DNA of 64,000 nucleotides. Origin: Octopus vulgaris. Its lineage: Eukaryota. A program made the position numbers and the translations under genes. The notes beneath the pieces are model-generated. The model was given only the letters and a program-made list of their open reading frames with translations, was not told the origin of the DNA and did no database searches. The stretch spans positions 133,300,001-133,364,000 of the forward strand of contig OX597819.1 in the NCBI GenBank assembly GCA_951406725.2, read 5' to 3'. Every line of letters begins with the position of its first letter. Position 1 is the stretch's first letter. This document shows positions 1-13,945 of the stretch, one piece after another.

Positions 1-631
1 CTCATTCAAAACTGGAAGTGAGCTTCAAAGATGGAGAAAATATCGGTGGAATATGCATAAATGTGTGATTTTAAATATTTATGTATGCGATATATTTGTG
101 TCTGGTTAATATCAAGTGAGGGAGAAACAATGGCTTCAAGGTGAACGGAGCAGACAGTTTAATAAAAAATATTTGCTAATTCTCGCAACTGCGTCATTGT
201 TGAAAAACCCCCTTCAACTTTAGGTTTCAGAACAGAGGTAGTTTAGGGATTCTCAGCATAATTCTTTATATATTAAAAAACCCGTTTTAAATACAGCAAC
301 CATCAGTATGAGTGGTCATTTCCATTCTCAGTCTCTCATACTAAATAAACGAAGACAACCTATAATTTCAGAGTGATTAAAAAAAGCTAAACACGAATAT
401 ATTTCATGCTATATTCATTATTGTCAATTTATTAATTCTCAGAAATTTCTCAAAGAAACAACATCTTCAGCAGATTAAATAATATCGCGCTGAGTGGAAG
501 ATGGAAGGTTTTGATTTCTCAAGTTTTCTCTTTTTCTCAATCTGTCAAAGATAATGTTTGTGTATAAGGCTTCTTCAGAACACTAGGATACCGTTGATGC
601 CGGTTAGAACTACTCAAAGAAATACAAAGCG

Positions 632-795
632 TATGTATGTAAGTATGTATGTATGTATGTATGTATGTATGTATGTATGTATGTATGTATGTATGTATGT
701 ATGTATGTATGTATGTATGTATGTATGTATGTATGTATGTATGTATGCATGTATGTATGTATGTATGTATGTACGTATCTAGCTATGTATGGACG

Positions 796-840
<45 letters not shown>
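632..840. repeat. (TATG)n followed by (TA)n microsatellite
   Basis: Direct reading; explains the spurious MYVC/YI ORFs. Confidence 0.95.
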
Positions 841-845
<5 letters not shown>

Positions 846-1126
846 CAATAATTTAGGGTCAAATTAATTAATTATTAATCAATTTCACCAAGTATTCAGT
901 ATGTAAAGGGACCATTTTAGGCGAATTCAAAATATTACATTATATATAAGGGCTTAGTAAAATAAATTACTTTGCCACATACTGAACTCATTAGAAATAG
1001 CAGCTAAAGAAATTTCTTCAGCTATTTCTAATACTTAAAGAAGATCTCTCTCAGATAGTGTTTGCCTAAACCAACTCACAAAGGTATGGGGGAAAAAACA
1101 TTAAAAAATCAAGTGCAAAGGTTATT

Positions 1127-1178
1127 TGAGAACGTACGTTTCTAGATTAGTCAATTCGACATTTCTTTCGTCAGCTCA
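1127..1178 (-). ncRNA. Minimal type I hammerhead ribozyme motif (inverted copy)
   Basis: Reverse complement of 1491-1542. Confidence 0.7.
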
Positions 1179-1490
1179 GAATTCCTTGAATCGGATTTGG
1201 GAACACTGAAAGTTGGGAGCATACCCTTTCGGCTTCTTATCACTTCTAGAATTCTGCTCGAACTAAAAGTGCTATCAAATCCGAATATGTTAAATGCTGC
1301 GGTTTTCACCGTTAATACATGGTGTTTGTCAATTTTAACCCACGCTGGTGGAAAGGGGAGAGCAGAAATTCTTCGCTTGCATATTCGGATTTGATAGCAC
1401 TTTTAGTTCGAGCAGAATTCTAGAAGTGATAAGAAGCCGAAAGGGTATGCTCCCAACTTTCAGTGTTCCCAAATCCGATTCAAGGAATTC

Positions 1491-1542
1491 TGAGCTGACG
1501 AAAGAAATGTCGAATTGACTAATCTAGAAACGTACGTTCTCA
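1491..1542 (+). ncRNA. Minimal type I hammerhead ribozyme motif (PLE type)
   Basis: TGAG-CTGACGA-stem II-GAAAC-GTAC-GTT-CTCA; stem I TGAG/CTCA; palindromic stem III AACGTACGTT. Confidence 0.7.
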
Positions 1543-1716
1543 AATAACCTTTGCACTTGATTTTTTAATGTTTTTTCCCCATACCTTTGTGAGTTGGTTT
1601 AGGCAAACACTATCTGAGAGAGATCTTCTTTAAGTATTAGAAATAGCTGAAGAAATTTCTTTAGCTGCTATTTCTAATGAGTTCAGTATGTGGCAAAGTA
1701 ATTTATTTTACTAAGC

Positions 1717-1776
<60 letters not shown>

Positions 1777-1879
1777 GTGTGTGTGTAAATATATATCTAT
1801 GCATAGATACACGTATATATGTATATATATACGTATATGTATATATATGTATATATACATGTGTGTGTGTGTATGTGTG

Positions 1880-2082
1880 TGCCTTTGGCCCTCCACCATC
1901 GCTCGTCACCCGTTGGTAGTGTGTTTACGTCCCCGTAACATAGCGGCTTGGCAAAAAAGACCGATAGAATAAGTACTAGACTTCCAAAGAATAAGTGCTG
2001 GCGTCGATTTGCTCGACTAAAGGCGGTGCTCCAGCATGGCCGCAGTCAAATGACAGAAACAAATAAAAGAGAAATAAAAGAC
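1880..2082 (+). mobile_element. SINE 3' part with LINE-like tail
   Basis: GTTTACGTCCCCGTAAC core and GGCGGTGCTCCAGCATGGCC tail; related copies at about 15490-15690 (-) and 25400-25620 (+). Confidence 0.75.
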
Positions 2083-2092
2083 AAATATATAT

Positions 2093-2354
2093 ATTATCTT
2101 TTACTGGTCTCAGCCCAGGGCTGAGGTCATGCTGGTGCACCCCGTGTAGTTTCCGATATTGTTTTTGGTGAAGTAGCGAGTTGGGCGGAGATAGAAACCT
2201 CTCCATATATATATATAGACACCAGATGAACTCACATCGGGAAATAAGACGCAAAGAAGATCAGCTCCGCCCAACTCGCTACTTCACCAAAAACAATATC
2301 GCATACACGGGGTGCACCAGCATGACCTCAGCCCTGGGCTGAAACCAGTAAAAG

Positions 2355-2360
<6 letters not shown>
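2093..2360. mobile_element. Two head-to-head 3' ends of a CR1-group LINE
   Basis: 2095-2189 is inverted relative to about 2264-2358; the + arm encodes PDELTSGNKTQRRSAPPNSLLHQ, similar to the PDEPTSRQ..AASNSLMHQ end of the LINE ORF2s here. Confidence 0.7.
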
Positions 2361-2419
<59 letters not shown>

Positions 2420-2422
<3 letters not shown>

Positions 2423-3460
2423 GTGGTTGTCTACTCCTTATGCAAAGATTGACCAACTCCTGTACCTACACGTTAGCACCATCATGGCATTTGATGTGGC
2501 TCTTTAAACCAGACAGTATTCTGAAAAGACACCCCCATAAATTGTACCTCCGATTTCAACTACCAAGAGCTGCAGACAAATTCTGCTCTTTGTGGATTTT
2601 AAAATCTCTTTTGAGGCTTTCATTGGATTTACAAACCTTCTAGCATACACTGCTGTCAATGTTGTGCACAGACGTATAGGCAGAATATTTGGTGGAGGTT
2701 CGTTTTCCATGCGTTCGCAGATAAGATTTGAGGCCAGCAAAAGGCAGCCATGGTCTGTCTCAGACTGCACAAAAGAAAGGTCATCGTCATTCACCTTCTC
2801 GATCGTTACATTCCTCCGTAGATTTTTTTTAGTCTTACTTGCGTTATCCCGGCCTCTTCAGATGCTTTCACTCCACTCCACACCTTTGTTAGCCATCCAA
2901 CTCGATCCGAAGCAAGGGTTTCTATATCTTCTGGAACCATTCCAAGTGACTTCATAATAGTCCTTATGTCATCTTTAAACCTTTTTTTAGGTTTACGCCG
3001 ACAGCGTTTCCTCTCTGCAAGCTCACCATAAAACAGCTGTTTCCGTTCATCTGCCATTCGAGCAATATGGCCACACCATCTCAATTGGCTCTTCAAAATC
3101 ATAGCTTTAATTGAGGTGATGCCTGCAGATGCAAGGACATCTGTGTTTGGAGTAAAAGAACTCCATTTAATTTTTAAAATGCAATGAAGGCATTTTTTGT
3201 GGAATTGTTCTAACAATTTAAAATTACTTTCATAACAAGTCCAAGTTTCACAGGAATACAACAGGGATGGTAAGACAAAGGATTTGGAAAGAGCCAGCTT
3301 TGTGTTCTTATTTATATGTCACTTGCGCCAAACGCGGGACTCCAAGCCACCAAATGCTTTTGCTGCCCTTTGAATTCGCAGCTGTATTTCTGTATCAAGA
3401 TTTCCATCATTTTGAACAGAGCTTCCTATGTAGACGAACGAATTGACAACATCAAGTAAC
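2420..3460 (-). mobile_element. RTE-clade LINE, 5'-truncated and decayed
   Basis: ORF 2806-3261 with YSCETWT..LEQFH..QLRWCGHIARM, typical of the RTE RT C-terminal region. Confidence 0.85.
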
Positions 3461-3674
3461 TATATATATATATATATTTCTTTTTTTTTGATTTGGTTTG
3501 CAAGATTCTTTATATGAGTTCGTGTGTTGAAGCATATTCTGTTGTGTCGCGAAAGAGTCATTTTCTTTTTGTGCCTTATAATATAACACACTCACCGATA
3601 AAATTTTCACTTTTTTCTTATTTTTATTTTCCTAAAATTTGACGCAACGAAAATGACTCTCCCCAGACACAACA

Positions 3675-3743
<69 letters not shown>

Positions 3744-3748
3744 GTGTG

Positions 3749-3782
<34 letters not shown>

Positions 3783-3940
3783 TTATAAAATTAATGAATA
3801 AATGAAAGAATGGAGTTGAACGACAAATTAACAAATTTCCTTTATTTTCGACATATGTTTCTGATGTGAATTTGCTACCCAGGTATCGGTTAAACGAATT
3901 ATCCATAAAAAGATATTTCATTTTTCTACTCAAATATATA

Positions 3941-3974
<34 letters not shown>

Positions 3975-4052
3975 CATGTATGTATGTATGTATGTATGTA
4001 TGTATGTATGTATGTATGTATGTATGTATGTATGTATGTATTTATGTATGTA

Positions 4053-4091
<39 letters not shown>

Positions 4092-4320
4092 CTAATGTAG
4101 GATAAAAATTTTTTCGGGAAAAAAATTTTTATCAATGACCAGCATATCAAAGAATACCTTTAAAGGTTAAATTTATAAATAATTTACAAGATAAGGGCAA
4201 AAGAAAAATTCTAATGCTAAATATGCCGAAAAAAAGACAAAACTTTTCAATAACCATTATAATTTATGCGTCTCGAAACAAACCGATAGAAATCTCTCTC
4301 TATATATATACACGCACACA

Positions 4321-4701
4321 TACACTACCGTCAGAAATTAATTAGCACCCTTGATTTGCTCTTCACTCAAGGTATGTGCTGTCACCTAGTGGCCATATCT
4401 CGAACTATTGCTTTGTTGCGAGTTCACTGTCGCGCAGAACGATAACGTAACTTTGTTTACAGAGCAGTTTGAGAGTCTACAGCCTTATGATGTTGACATA
4501 GCAGTGCAACAACTTGGAGTGCGGATGCAGACAAATCTTCCTTTGTTTAATAGATATAGGTAGCGCCTCGCAAGGACCGAAATCACACCATACTAAGTTT
4601 TCTCATCGCGTAAGACGTTTTGAACAGCTCATAGGTTAATTGATTTAACCTATTTAATGTAGAAATTTGAGAAGTGCTAATTAATTTCTGACGCAAGTGT
4701 A
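4321..4701. mobile_element. Tc1/mariner-type MITE
   Basis: TIRs TACACTACCGTCAGAAATTAATTAGCAC / GTGCTAATTAATTTCTGACGCAAGTGTA in TA context. Confidence 0.75.
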
Positions 4702-4777
4702 TATATACATATATACGTACATATATATAAATATATTATATATATATATATATATAAAATTATATATATAGTTAAAC

Positions 4778-4823
<46 letters not shown>

Positions 4824-4874
4824 ACTGTGCGTGTGTGTGTGTGTGTGTGTGTATGGTTAAACAGTACAGCTAGC

Positions 4875-5443
4875 ATTAAGGCAAGGCAAACATCTCAAGT
4901 TGAATACAATTATTATGGGAAACGATTGAAAATCTTATAGATGTATCTGGGATATCCCCGAGTATGGGATATTCCGTCATCAGAACAAATAGGGGAAAAT
5001 AGGGAAACTGAGAATGGGATAGATTAATGAGTTGACGACGTAAAGGAAGGGAATAAAAGAATAAGGAGATGAAAAGAAAGAAGAAAATATTGAACGTTGA
5101 TATGTTCGTGTCTTTTGTCTTGGGATGTCTGCTATATCAGGATTTTAACCTACATGGATCTGCGCAGGATTGAACCTAAGCACTCATGCTCTGCTTTCTA
5201 TAAGTTCGGAAAGTCGAACTTTTATGCTTCTTTTTTCTTCTTTCTTTCCATCTCCTTTTATTCCCTTCCTTTACGTCATCAACTCATTAATCTATACCAT
5301 TCTCATTTTCCCTATTTTTTCTCTATTTGTCCCTGATGACGGAATATCCGATATTCGGGGATATCCCAAAAACAGCTGTAAGATTTTGAATCTTTTCTCA
5401 TAATAATATTGTATTCGACTTGAGATGTTTGCCTCGGCTTAAT
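4875..5443. mobile_element. Older PLE-derived inverted repeat with degenerate hammerhead
   Basis: Arms about 4875-5088 and 5232-5443; CTGATGA (5333)-GGAATATCC..GGATATCCC-aAAAC-AGCT-GTA; the GAAA box is mutated differently in each arm. Confidence 0.65.
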
Positions 5444-5854
5444 GTTTGTTGTCCTCTTTAATAATTCCATATCCGCTGAATCGGAAATCTGCAATGACTC
5501 CATAACTACCGTCCAGGCTACAACCTTGGAGCCCTAGCTACAGCACTTACCTGACGTATCTAATTGTTTAGATCACCTGTGAACTAAACTCCCATACTTT
5601 ATCTGTCCTGCCCGCCAAATTTGGTTCTGGTGTTCGCTGAATTTTTCCTCTAGAGAACTTTCTTTGTAGTTTGATCGTTGATGATCTATTTCTAGCATAC
5701 GGCCGACTACCTAGCAGTCTTGCCCTGCCAATATGCACATATATTAGAATTTTCTCTGATTTCTCAGATTTTTTGTATGCTAGACTACTGGTTTTAAATT
5801 GATGTTAAAATTAATATTAATTTGTCTCCCTCATTATTTAAATATATATATATA

Positions 5855-8025
5855 GAGAGAGAAAGGCCACTGTACACAAGAACAAAATCCCCAGAGAGAG
5901 GAAAATTTTAATGAGACGGCGTACAAAAATTTCAAATTGCCTAAACAAACAAATTGAAAGCAGTGAAAAGTCCCGCCTGAAAATAAAACTGTTTGAAATT
6001 GAAAAATGTCTGCAACTCTCCCATGAAAAGGAAAGAGCAGACAAAGAAGCCTGGGCTATAGACAACATAAAATCTAACCCCAGAGCTTTCTACAGGTATG
6101 CCAAAGAAACAGCTACGGTGCACTGTAGGATAGGGCCACTCCTTGAAAAGGATGGCACACTCACAGGAAAACCAATAAGGGTAAGTGAAATACTGAATGA
6201 GCAATTCAAGAGTGTTTTCACTCCACCCCTTGGGCATTTCCAAATCACCAATCCAACTGACTTCTTTACCACTGCAGATATAAAATCAGAGGCGGCGACG
6301 ATAAATTACATCGATATAAAGGAAGACGATGTAATAAAGGCTATAGATGAAATGAAAACAGACTCAGCTACTGGCCCCGATGGATTCCCGGCAATCCTCC
6401 TAAAAGTATGTAAGAGAGTCCTAGCAAGACCATTGCAGTTCCTCTTTCAGAGCTTCCTTGCAACTGGCAAACTTCCAAGAAAACTGAAGGAAGGTAAAAT
6501 ATGCCCTATTCATAAAGGAGGTAGCAGAGCGGAGGCCAAGAACTACAGACCTATCTCTCTGACCTCACACATCAGCAAGGTCATGGAATGAATAGTCGGA
6601 AGGAAACTGATCACCTTCCTTGAAGAAAATGACCTGCTGCCCGACACCCAACATGGTTTCCGACCAGGGAGAAGCTGCTTAACCCAGCTCCTACAACACT
6701 ATGACTGGGTGCTGAAACGACTGCTCAACCGCTCAAATGTGGAAGTGATATATCTCGACTTTGCAAAGGCCTTTGATAAAGTCGATCATGGAATGATATG
6801 TCACAAACTGCGTGATCTCAACATAGTTGGAAAACTGGGAGGTTGGCTTCATGACTTTCTGAAAGATAGAAGGCAGGTGGTAGTAACCAATGGGGCCACT
6901 TCCATTAACACGTAAATAGCGAGCGGTGTTCCGCAGGGCACTGTTTTGGGACCACTACTGTTCATAATGGCCCTCTCAGACATGCCCTCAGCCACGCAGA
7001 GAGACACGATCACAAGTTATGCAAATGATACAAAAGTTTCACAGGCAATACAGAACCCTGAGGACACTAAACGCCTGCAATGTGAGCTGGACAAAATATA
7101 CAAGTGGGCTGAAAAGAATAGCATGCAGTCCAATGCTGAAAAGTTTCAAGCTTTATACTATCAGCATGCAAAACTAAATGCAATACCCAATGAATACACT
7201 GGACCCGGAGGAATTGCAATCCCAGAGGCACAATCAGTGCGTGACCTGGGTATTTACATGAGTGATGACGCAACCTTTCGTGTTCATGTTGCTAAATTGG
7301 CAATGAAATGTAGACGACTGGCCGGATGGATTCTCAGAACCTTTAGAACAAGAGAACAAGAAACCATGATAGTCCTCTGGAGGACACTTGTCCTAAGCCA
7401 CTTTGACTATTGCTCTCAGTTATGGTCACCATCCAGTGTCAAGTTGATCACAGAACTTGAGGCGATCAACGTAGCTACACGAAAAAGATAGCCTCTATGC
7501 AGAATATAAGCTACTGGGAAAGACTCAAGAGATTAAAACTATATTCCTTGGAGCGTAGGCGGGAAAGATATGCCATAATATACATCTGGAAGATCCTGGA
7601 GGGACTTGCCCCAAACTTTGGCATCGAGAGTTACACAAATGCCAGAACTGGGCGCCACTGCGTGGTGCCTAGGACTCCAAATTTGCCATCAAGATGTAGG
7701 ACAAGATACTGTGATAGCCTGGGCTTCCGAGGCCCACAGCTCTTCAATATCCTCCCGAAGAACCTAAGAGACCTGCATGGGGTGGATGCAGATGTCTTTA
7801 AAATGAAACTGGATCTCTTCCTGTCAGGTATCCCAGATGAACCAACTTCACGGCAGGAGGTGCAGATGAGGGCAGCTGCATCGAACTCTCTCATGCACCA
7901 AATGGCAGTTGCTAAAAAGCTTTCGTGAAGTAAAACCATGTAGCAACACCAAATGGCAGTGCCCCAGCATGGCCACAGCTCATGAGCTGAAACTAGAATC
8001 AATCAATCAATCAATCAAAATCAAT
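5855..8025 (+). mobile_element. CR1-group LINE family A, 5'-truncated, with stop codons and a frameshift
   Basis: RT motifs NYRPISLTS, YLDFAKAFDKVDH, YAND (mutated YADD); (AATC)n tail; close to the copy at 51753-53920. Confidence 0.92.
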
Positions 8026-8877
8026 CATATATATATATATATATGTAAGTGTGCGTGTGTGTGTGTGTGTGTGTGCAGATACATACATTTATTTCTATAC
8101 ACACATAGTAATGTAACCAGTAAACTATATCAATAGCATACTTTACATAGTACAGCAGCAGGTATTACCTGGGATAGAAGTGAATACGTTGGGTAGAGTA
8201 GATAGACACGTATATATTTACTATATCAAGGTGGACAGCCGACTGTGAGAGTCACTCTTAGCTTGGTTGTTGACGGCGCACATGAACAGTTCAGCTAAGA
8301 CTGAAACTCAGAGTACCCTGCCTCTTGTGATGTAATAAACCCCAACCACACACACACACACGCACACACACACACATGCATGCGAGAACACTGATGCACG
8401 CATGCTCACACATACTCACACACGGTATATATTTCATAGTGAATCATGTAATATTTGTAAAAATTATAAGCTCATACAAAATGTTCATAATATCCTCCTC
8501 TTTGATTATGGTTATAAGCTAAAGCCCATTCTAGGTGCTTCCTGTACTAAGCAGACTAGCTTCTTTAAGATAAATGTATATGTAGTTTTTAATTATCTTC
8601 GTTCATTCCTAACTCTCGTATGCAATAATCCAGTTGTTCACGTCAACTAGTTTATGTATGTAAGGAGATTAATTTTACTAATACAGGAGACATACTCGAG
8701 AATATTAAATCTAATTAAATATATTAACTGATCCGTATTTCCGAAGAAAATGGAATATAAAAAAATAAACTTTACCTGAATAGAATTTGAGGATCTTAAA
8801 AAGTGATAGGTATACACTACTCATTTTTAATTATTTAAATTCTAATTCCACTGTGCTTAGAGAAAATCCAGTATTAT

Positions 8878-8975
8878 ATTGGCCGAGTGGTTAAGAAGTA
8901 CGCCTTGCAACCATGTGGCTTAGTGTTCAGTCCCACAGCACAACACCTTGGGCAAGTTTCCCCCTGACATAGGCC
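8878..8975 (+). mobile_element. tRNA-derived SINE head
   Basis: GGCCGAGTGGTTAAG A-box, GTTCAGTCCC B-box, ACCTTGGGCAAG core. Confidence 0.6.
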
Positions 8976-9044
8976 CGATGAAAAGGCTTCAAGTTACTGC
9001 TCACACCGTTTCAAGTTACTTCCTGGTCAGGCCATTCTGTGGGT

Positions 9045-9213
9045 AGCCTGAACCTGAGTTCGAATCACCCTTGTGAAATTCAAATAACTCTTCTTTGAGG
9101 ATAGCCTTAACCCAATTTCAAATTAACCCTGTGAAATGCAAGTAATGCCTCTCTGATGATAGCCTTAACCCAATTTCGAATGATCCCTGTGAAATGCAAA
9201 TAACCCACTCTCT
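9045..9213 (+). repeat. Three diverged tandem units of about 58-60 bp
   Basis: TAGCCTTAACCCAATTTCGAAT..CCCTGTGAAATGCAAATAA occurs three times. Confidence 0.75.
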
Positions 9214-9828
9214 TTCCTACATATTGAGGAGGGCTGTTTACCTGGAGGGTGGGGAGAGAATATTATCTTCTTTCTTGCTAGGAATTTTAAACATCTAATA
9301 GCTATGGGGTTCATCTGAGTAAAATAAGAATGAAAGGGGTCCATAGGTTCAAAATGGTTGGGAATCAATCACTGGTTTACATGATTTACAACAGAAGCAG
9401 TTTCTTTTCCGTAAAGATGTTTCGTTTGTATATATTTTGTCTGCGTTTGGAAGCATTTGTTTGTCCTACTTTCTGAAAATTGAAACTCTTATTCCAGTTT
9501 GCATTTATTATAGACAAAAAATATAACTACAAATAAACTTATAAATTTCAAATGGAATCGAAATATATAACTATAGAAAACAAAACATATTAATACTTAC
9601 TCCACTTTAAATGCAAGAAAAGATCTATTTATATAGAAAACAAAATAGATCCAAACACTTTAAATATGAATGGAATGAAGCAAGGAACAAACATGTCAAC
9701 TGAACACAAAACACCCAAACATAAAAAATCGGCTTCATTATCTCCCTTGATAGAAAACTCGTCAGATTTTGTGATACTATTTATAAAGTATTCATATTTG
9801 CAATTATTAGTCACAGAATAAAAGTTTT

Positions 9829-9898
<70 letters not shown>

Positions 9899-9899
9899 G

Positions 9900-10186
9900 A
9901 CTCTGCAGTCGAAGACGACGGATGAGTGTTTAGTTTTCGACGAACGACCTTTGCAAATGAATTGTTTATGGTGATTAAACGTTCGTGCCGCACATAAGCT
10001 CACTCTTACCACCAAGTCGACGTTGCCGGAACAGGTGCACAGTGTAGCACGTGTCAAGTGTCAAAGTGAGCAACGTGAAATGAAGTGTTTTGCTCAAGAA
10101 CACAACGCGCCACCCGATCTAGGAATTGAAAACACGATCTAGCGATCGTGAATGCAACAACTTAACCACTAAGCCATGCGCCCTCA
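9900..10186 (-). mobile_element. tRNA-derived SINE between (AAT)n tracts
   Basis: Minus strand GGCGCATGGCTTAGTGGTTAAG..TTCAATTCC..TGTGTTCTTGAGCAAAACACTT. Confidence 0.7.
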
Positions 10187-10223
<37 letters not shown>

Positions 10224-10899
10224 TATAAACACGCATATATACATACAGATGTCTGTTTACATACAGATATGTGTGTGTGCGCGTGAATGTACTTGAGCAA
10301 CAACAAAATTCCATAAATGGAAATATAGATTCGTGTCAGAAACAAAGTCAATATGAGATCCCTCGACCTACTAGAAATAGTAACAATATTACCCTGTACA
10401 GTGATAATTAGAGAAGACCATAGTGGATATGATTTTTCTATGAAGCAACCTGATTCTTTGAATAATCACATCTTCTCTAAAGTCATGATAAGTTTAATTT
10501 AGTTAATAAAAATAAAGTTTATTTTTTAAAAGATTAATCATTAAGTTAATTTATAAAAATCAAATTATAGGTTACTTTCTAATTTCTGTTCACCTTTATC
10601 GCGGAAACATGTTAAATAGCCAACAATCTGTCAAATAGTTGAATAAGGCCGTATTGAAAAATGTTCTAGAATAAATGTAAGAATTCTACGCCAAGTAAAG
10701 ACCAAGTGTAGGTAGATTGTAGGCATATAAGATGAAATGACAACAGCAAAATTCATAATATAACTTGGTCAATATATTTCTGTCATAATGACTGCGAGAA
10801 ATATATTTATTAAATATTAGAATCTTAATTTTAGACAGACTATCGATGTTTAAATGGTAAATAATGAAGCTATTGTGGAAATGGTATGATAATTGGTGG

Positions 10900-11700
10900 A
10901 TGTGTGATCGATCGACTGATATTTGCAGACGATATCGTGTTACGTGGTTCATAAGAAGATGACCTCCAGCATGCAGTGAATGGGTTCACCTGCGAATGCT
11001 GCGACGTAGAAGTGCGAATTAGTGTTGCGAAGACTAGGACATTGGGTCTGGCAAGAAAGTTTCATTTGCGCATTTTGCACGTAAGTGAAAAAGTATCTCG
11101 TGGCGGGTATCCCCGAGTGCTGGAAGACAGGACGCTGAACTGGATGCCACAATTAGGGATACTGGCACGGTAATGTGCCAACATTTAATCCTCACAAGGG
11201 GAGGGGTGGACAAAAAAGCTAAATTCACATTCTTCAATTCGTACCTGTCCTCACTCGTGGTCAAGAATGCTGAGTAATGATGGAAAGAGTACGATCGCAA
11301 ACACAAGCGGCCGAAATGGAGTTCCTCCGAAAGGCCTTTGACGTAACATTATTTGACAAGTTGAGTATCTCGGGGATCGGGGGGCCTCTTCAGGTTGAGC
11401 CGCTGTTTCTCCGCATTGAGAGGTCGCTGCTCTGGCGCTACGGTTCGTATGATTAGAATGTCGAAGGGAAAAATCGCAAGACGGATTCTCCGAGCTGAGC
11501 CAACCGGCAGGAGACCTAAGAGTTCACCAAGAACGAGATAGTTGGATAATATCCACAGACTCAGTTGATCGCATTTGTGAACCCAGCCGAAAAGTCTAAT
11601 GTTTCTGATCATACCCTGTGGAGAAAAATGGCTGTGGACTCTATGCCAACGGCCCTCACTCGAATAGTAGGCGAAGATGCCTGGCTGCATAAGCAAACAC
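10900..11700 (+). mobile_element. Highly decayed RTE-like LINE fragments
   Basis: Residual peptides such as QAAEMEFLR, LRIERSLLWRYG, PTGRRP. Confidence 0.5.
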
Positions 11701-12017
11701 TGTAGAGGCAATTTGGGAGAGAAGTAAATTTCATAAAACTACATTTGTTCCTAATTAAATCTAGCGGTAGTATAAATAAAAAAGCTGTGTTCCCTGATAT
11801 AATTAGTCAAGGCTGAATCACAGTAAGCACTGTATTTACCTAACAATTCTTAGATTGTTGATAAACTTCTCCATTTCTTAGTGATATAGAACTACCCGAT
11901 AGAGTGTGTATGATGAAGTATTGTTTTTACAACGTACGTATACAGATAACTGATCATATTCCTTCAAATTTCTGGTATGGTCAATAATTTGCCAAAATTG
12001 TTCTTTTGCATTCTTGT

Positions 12018-12256
12018 ATCATCATCATCATCGTTTAACGTCCGTTTTCCGCGCTAGCACGGGTTGGACGGTTCGACCGGGGTCTGGGAAGCCAGGGGCT
12101 GCACCAGGTTCCAGTCTGATCTGGCAGAGTTTCTACAGCTGGATGCCCTTCCTAACGCCAACCACTCCGCGAGTGTAGTGGGTGCTTTTTAAGTGCCACC
12201 TGCACAGGTGCCGGGGGGGGTGCCATGATCGGTTGGAGCTTTTAACGTGCCACCGT
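12018..12256 (-). mobile_element. SINE 3' part with (GAT)n tail
   Basis: Minus strand GGCGTTAGGAAGGGCATCCAGCTGTAGAAA (V-domain-like) ending GGACGTTAAACGATGATGATG. Confidence 0.7.
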
Positions 12257-13671
12257 AATTTTAGATGGTGAAATAAATCTGTGGATAAGAAATTGATATT
12301 TATGCTTGTATCATATACATTGTACACAAAATATTAACAGAAGTGTATTTAATGCGATTTTTAAGTGAAAACATTCTCTAAAATGCTGTAGAATTCTGAG
12401 AGTATTAATGTTCCATCATGATATCAATTAGGAGAGTGATTCCTTCTTTAGCCAAATTTCGTTAACTTCATTGTATCTCGATCTTCAATTGGAAGCTGCT
12501 TTCCCTTCAACTAAATGCAAGATGTTTATCTTGGACACAAAACGTTTAATTATCATTAAATACACCGATTCAAGTAGGAAGCGGTTTGAATTTGCAATTG
12601 TGTTGAATATTTGAGTCGAATATTGAAAGTGTTGAATAGGAATGCATTTAAATTGTGATTGGTTTAAAATGCGCAGAATAGGATTGGAAGCGTGTTTATA
12701 TCTGTAAAGCCGTTATAATGCCTTATACTTTTGTTGAAAATTATATTAGTTGAAATGAACGTCACTGATATTCAACAAGGAGATAATATTTAGAACTCGT
12801 AGAGACAGTAAATAATTTCTAATTAATATATCTAATAATTACGATGATACTGTTTGTTTTCTCAAATAAATGCGTGATTAATTAAAACCTTTTATTTGCT
12901 GGAGGCTGATTCCAATTACATTGCGTAGTAAGCGAAGACTTGATCTATAAAAATATGTAAAGAACAGAGTATTAGATTTCAATTTCAGTCAAGTATTGAT
13001 AATAATTTCGTCCATTATTCTGAAGAATCTGACCCTTGCGGATGCCTGGCAAGTGAGAAAGCTGGCATTTTAAGGCGAGTAAAGATGGTTTAGCAAGTAT
13101 ATGACGTTTAATTTTGCAGTGATGCTTTCAAGAGATATCTGTATCTAAATGCATGGAAAATGTTCCTGTAAGGAATGTCAATCCTGCATTCGCAACTCTA
13201 TTGACAAGGCAGCAACATCTTTCTGCAATTCTTATGTCTACCAAGGGACTATCAGATGAAACACACATAATATCTAATATTTCGATTACACCAATCAATT
13301 GCTGATGCTAAATAATTTTTATTTAATCATTGAAATGCAGACCGTTACGAAATCGCGATAATGTTTTTTTTCTTTTTTCTGGAAGACTATGCATTCTAGA
13401 ATTAAACTGATGTGATCTTTTCGCTACCGAGCACTCATCATGAGTTGTTATAGTTGTAACGTAGCCAAAATCTAGGTGAACTCGACTGACTCAACCATTA
13501 CTTAGCTCTCATTCTCCCACATCTATGATCTTCTACTTTCGCCCTCGTGAGTAAGTGCAATCAATAGAACGTTCACTGCACAATAGTGAAGAAAAATCGA
13601 TTCTGTATTAAGTAACTCAAGAGAAACGAATATTGAATCACAAATATATCTGAAAATGCACTGATACCTAT

Positions 13672-13945
<274 letters not shown>

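Larger units (their letters stand above)
841..1720. mobile_element. PLE-derived inverted repeat (arms about 948-1289 and 1380-1720), each arm carrying a hammerhead motif
   Basis: Arms are reverse complements over about 340 bp; 90-bp spacer; the left arm has an extra tail at 841-947; flanked by (TA)n. Confidence 0.8.

Noticed and set aside
558-867. ORFs of MYVC, YI, LSIY, poly-I or poly-N type here and throughout
   Set aside because: Translations of microsatellites that lack stop codons
8205-8332. Imperfect hairpin, possible pre-miRNA
   Set aside because: Many mismatches and it lies between simple repeats; more likely an old MITE
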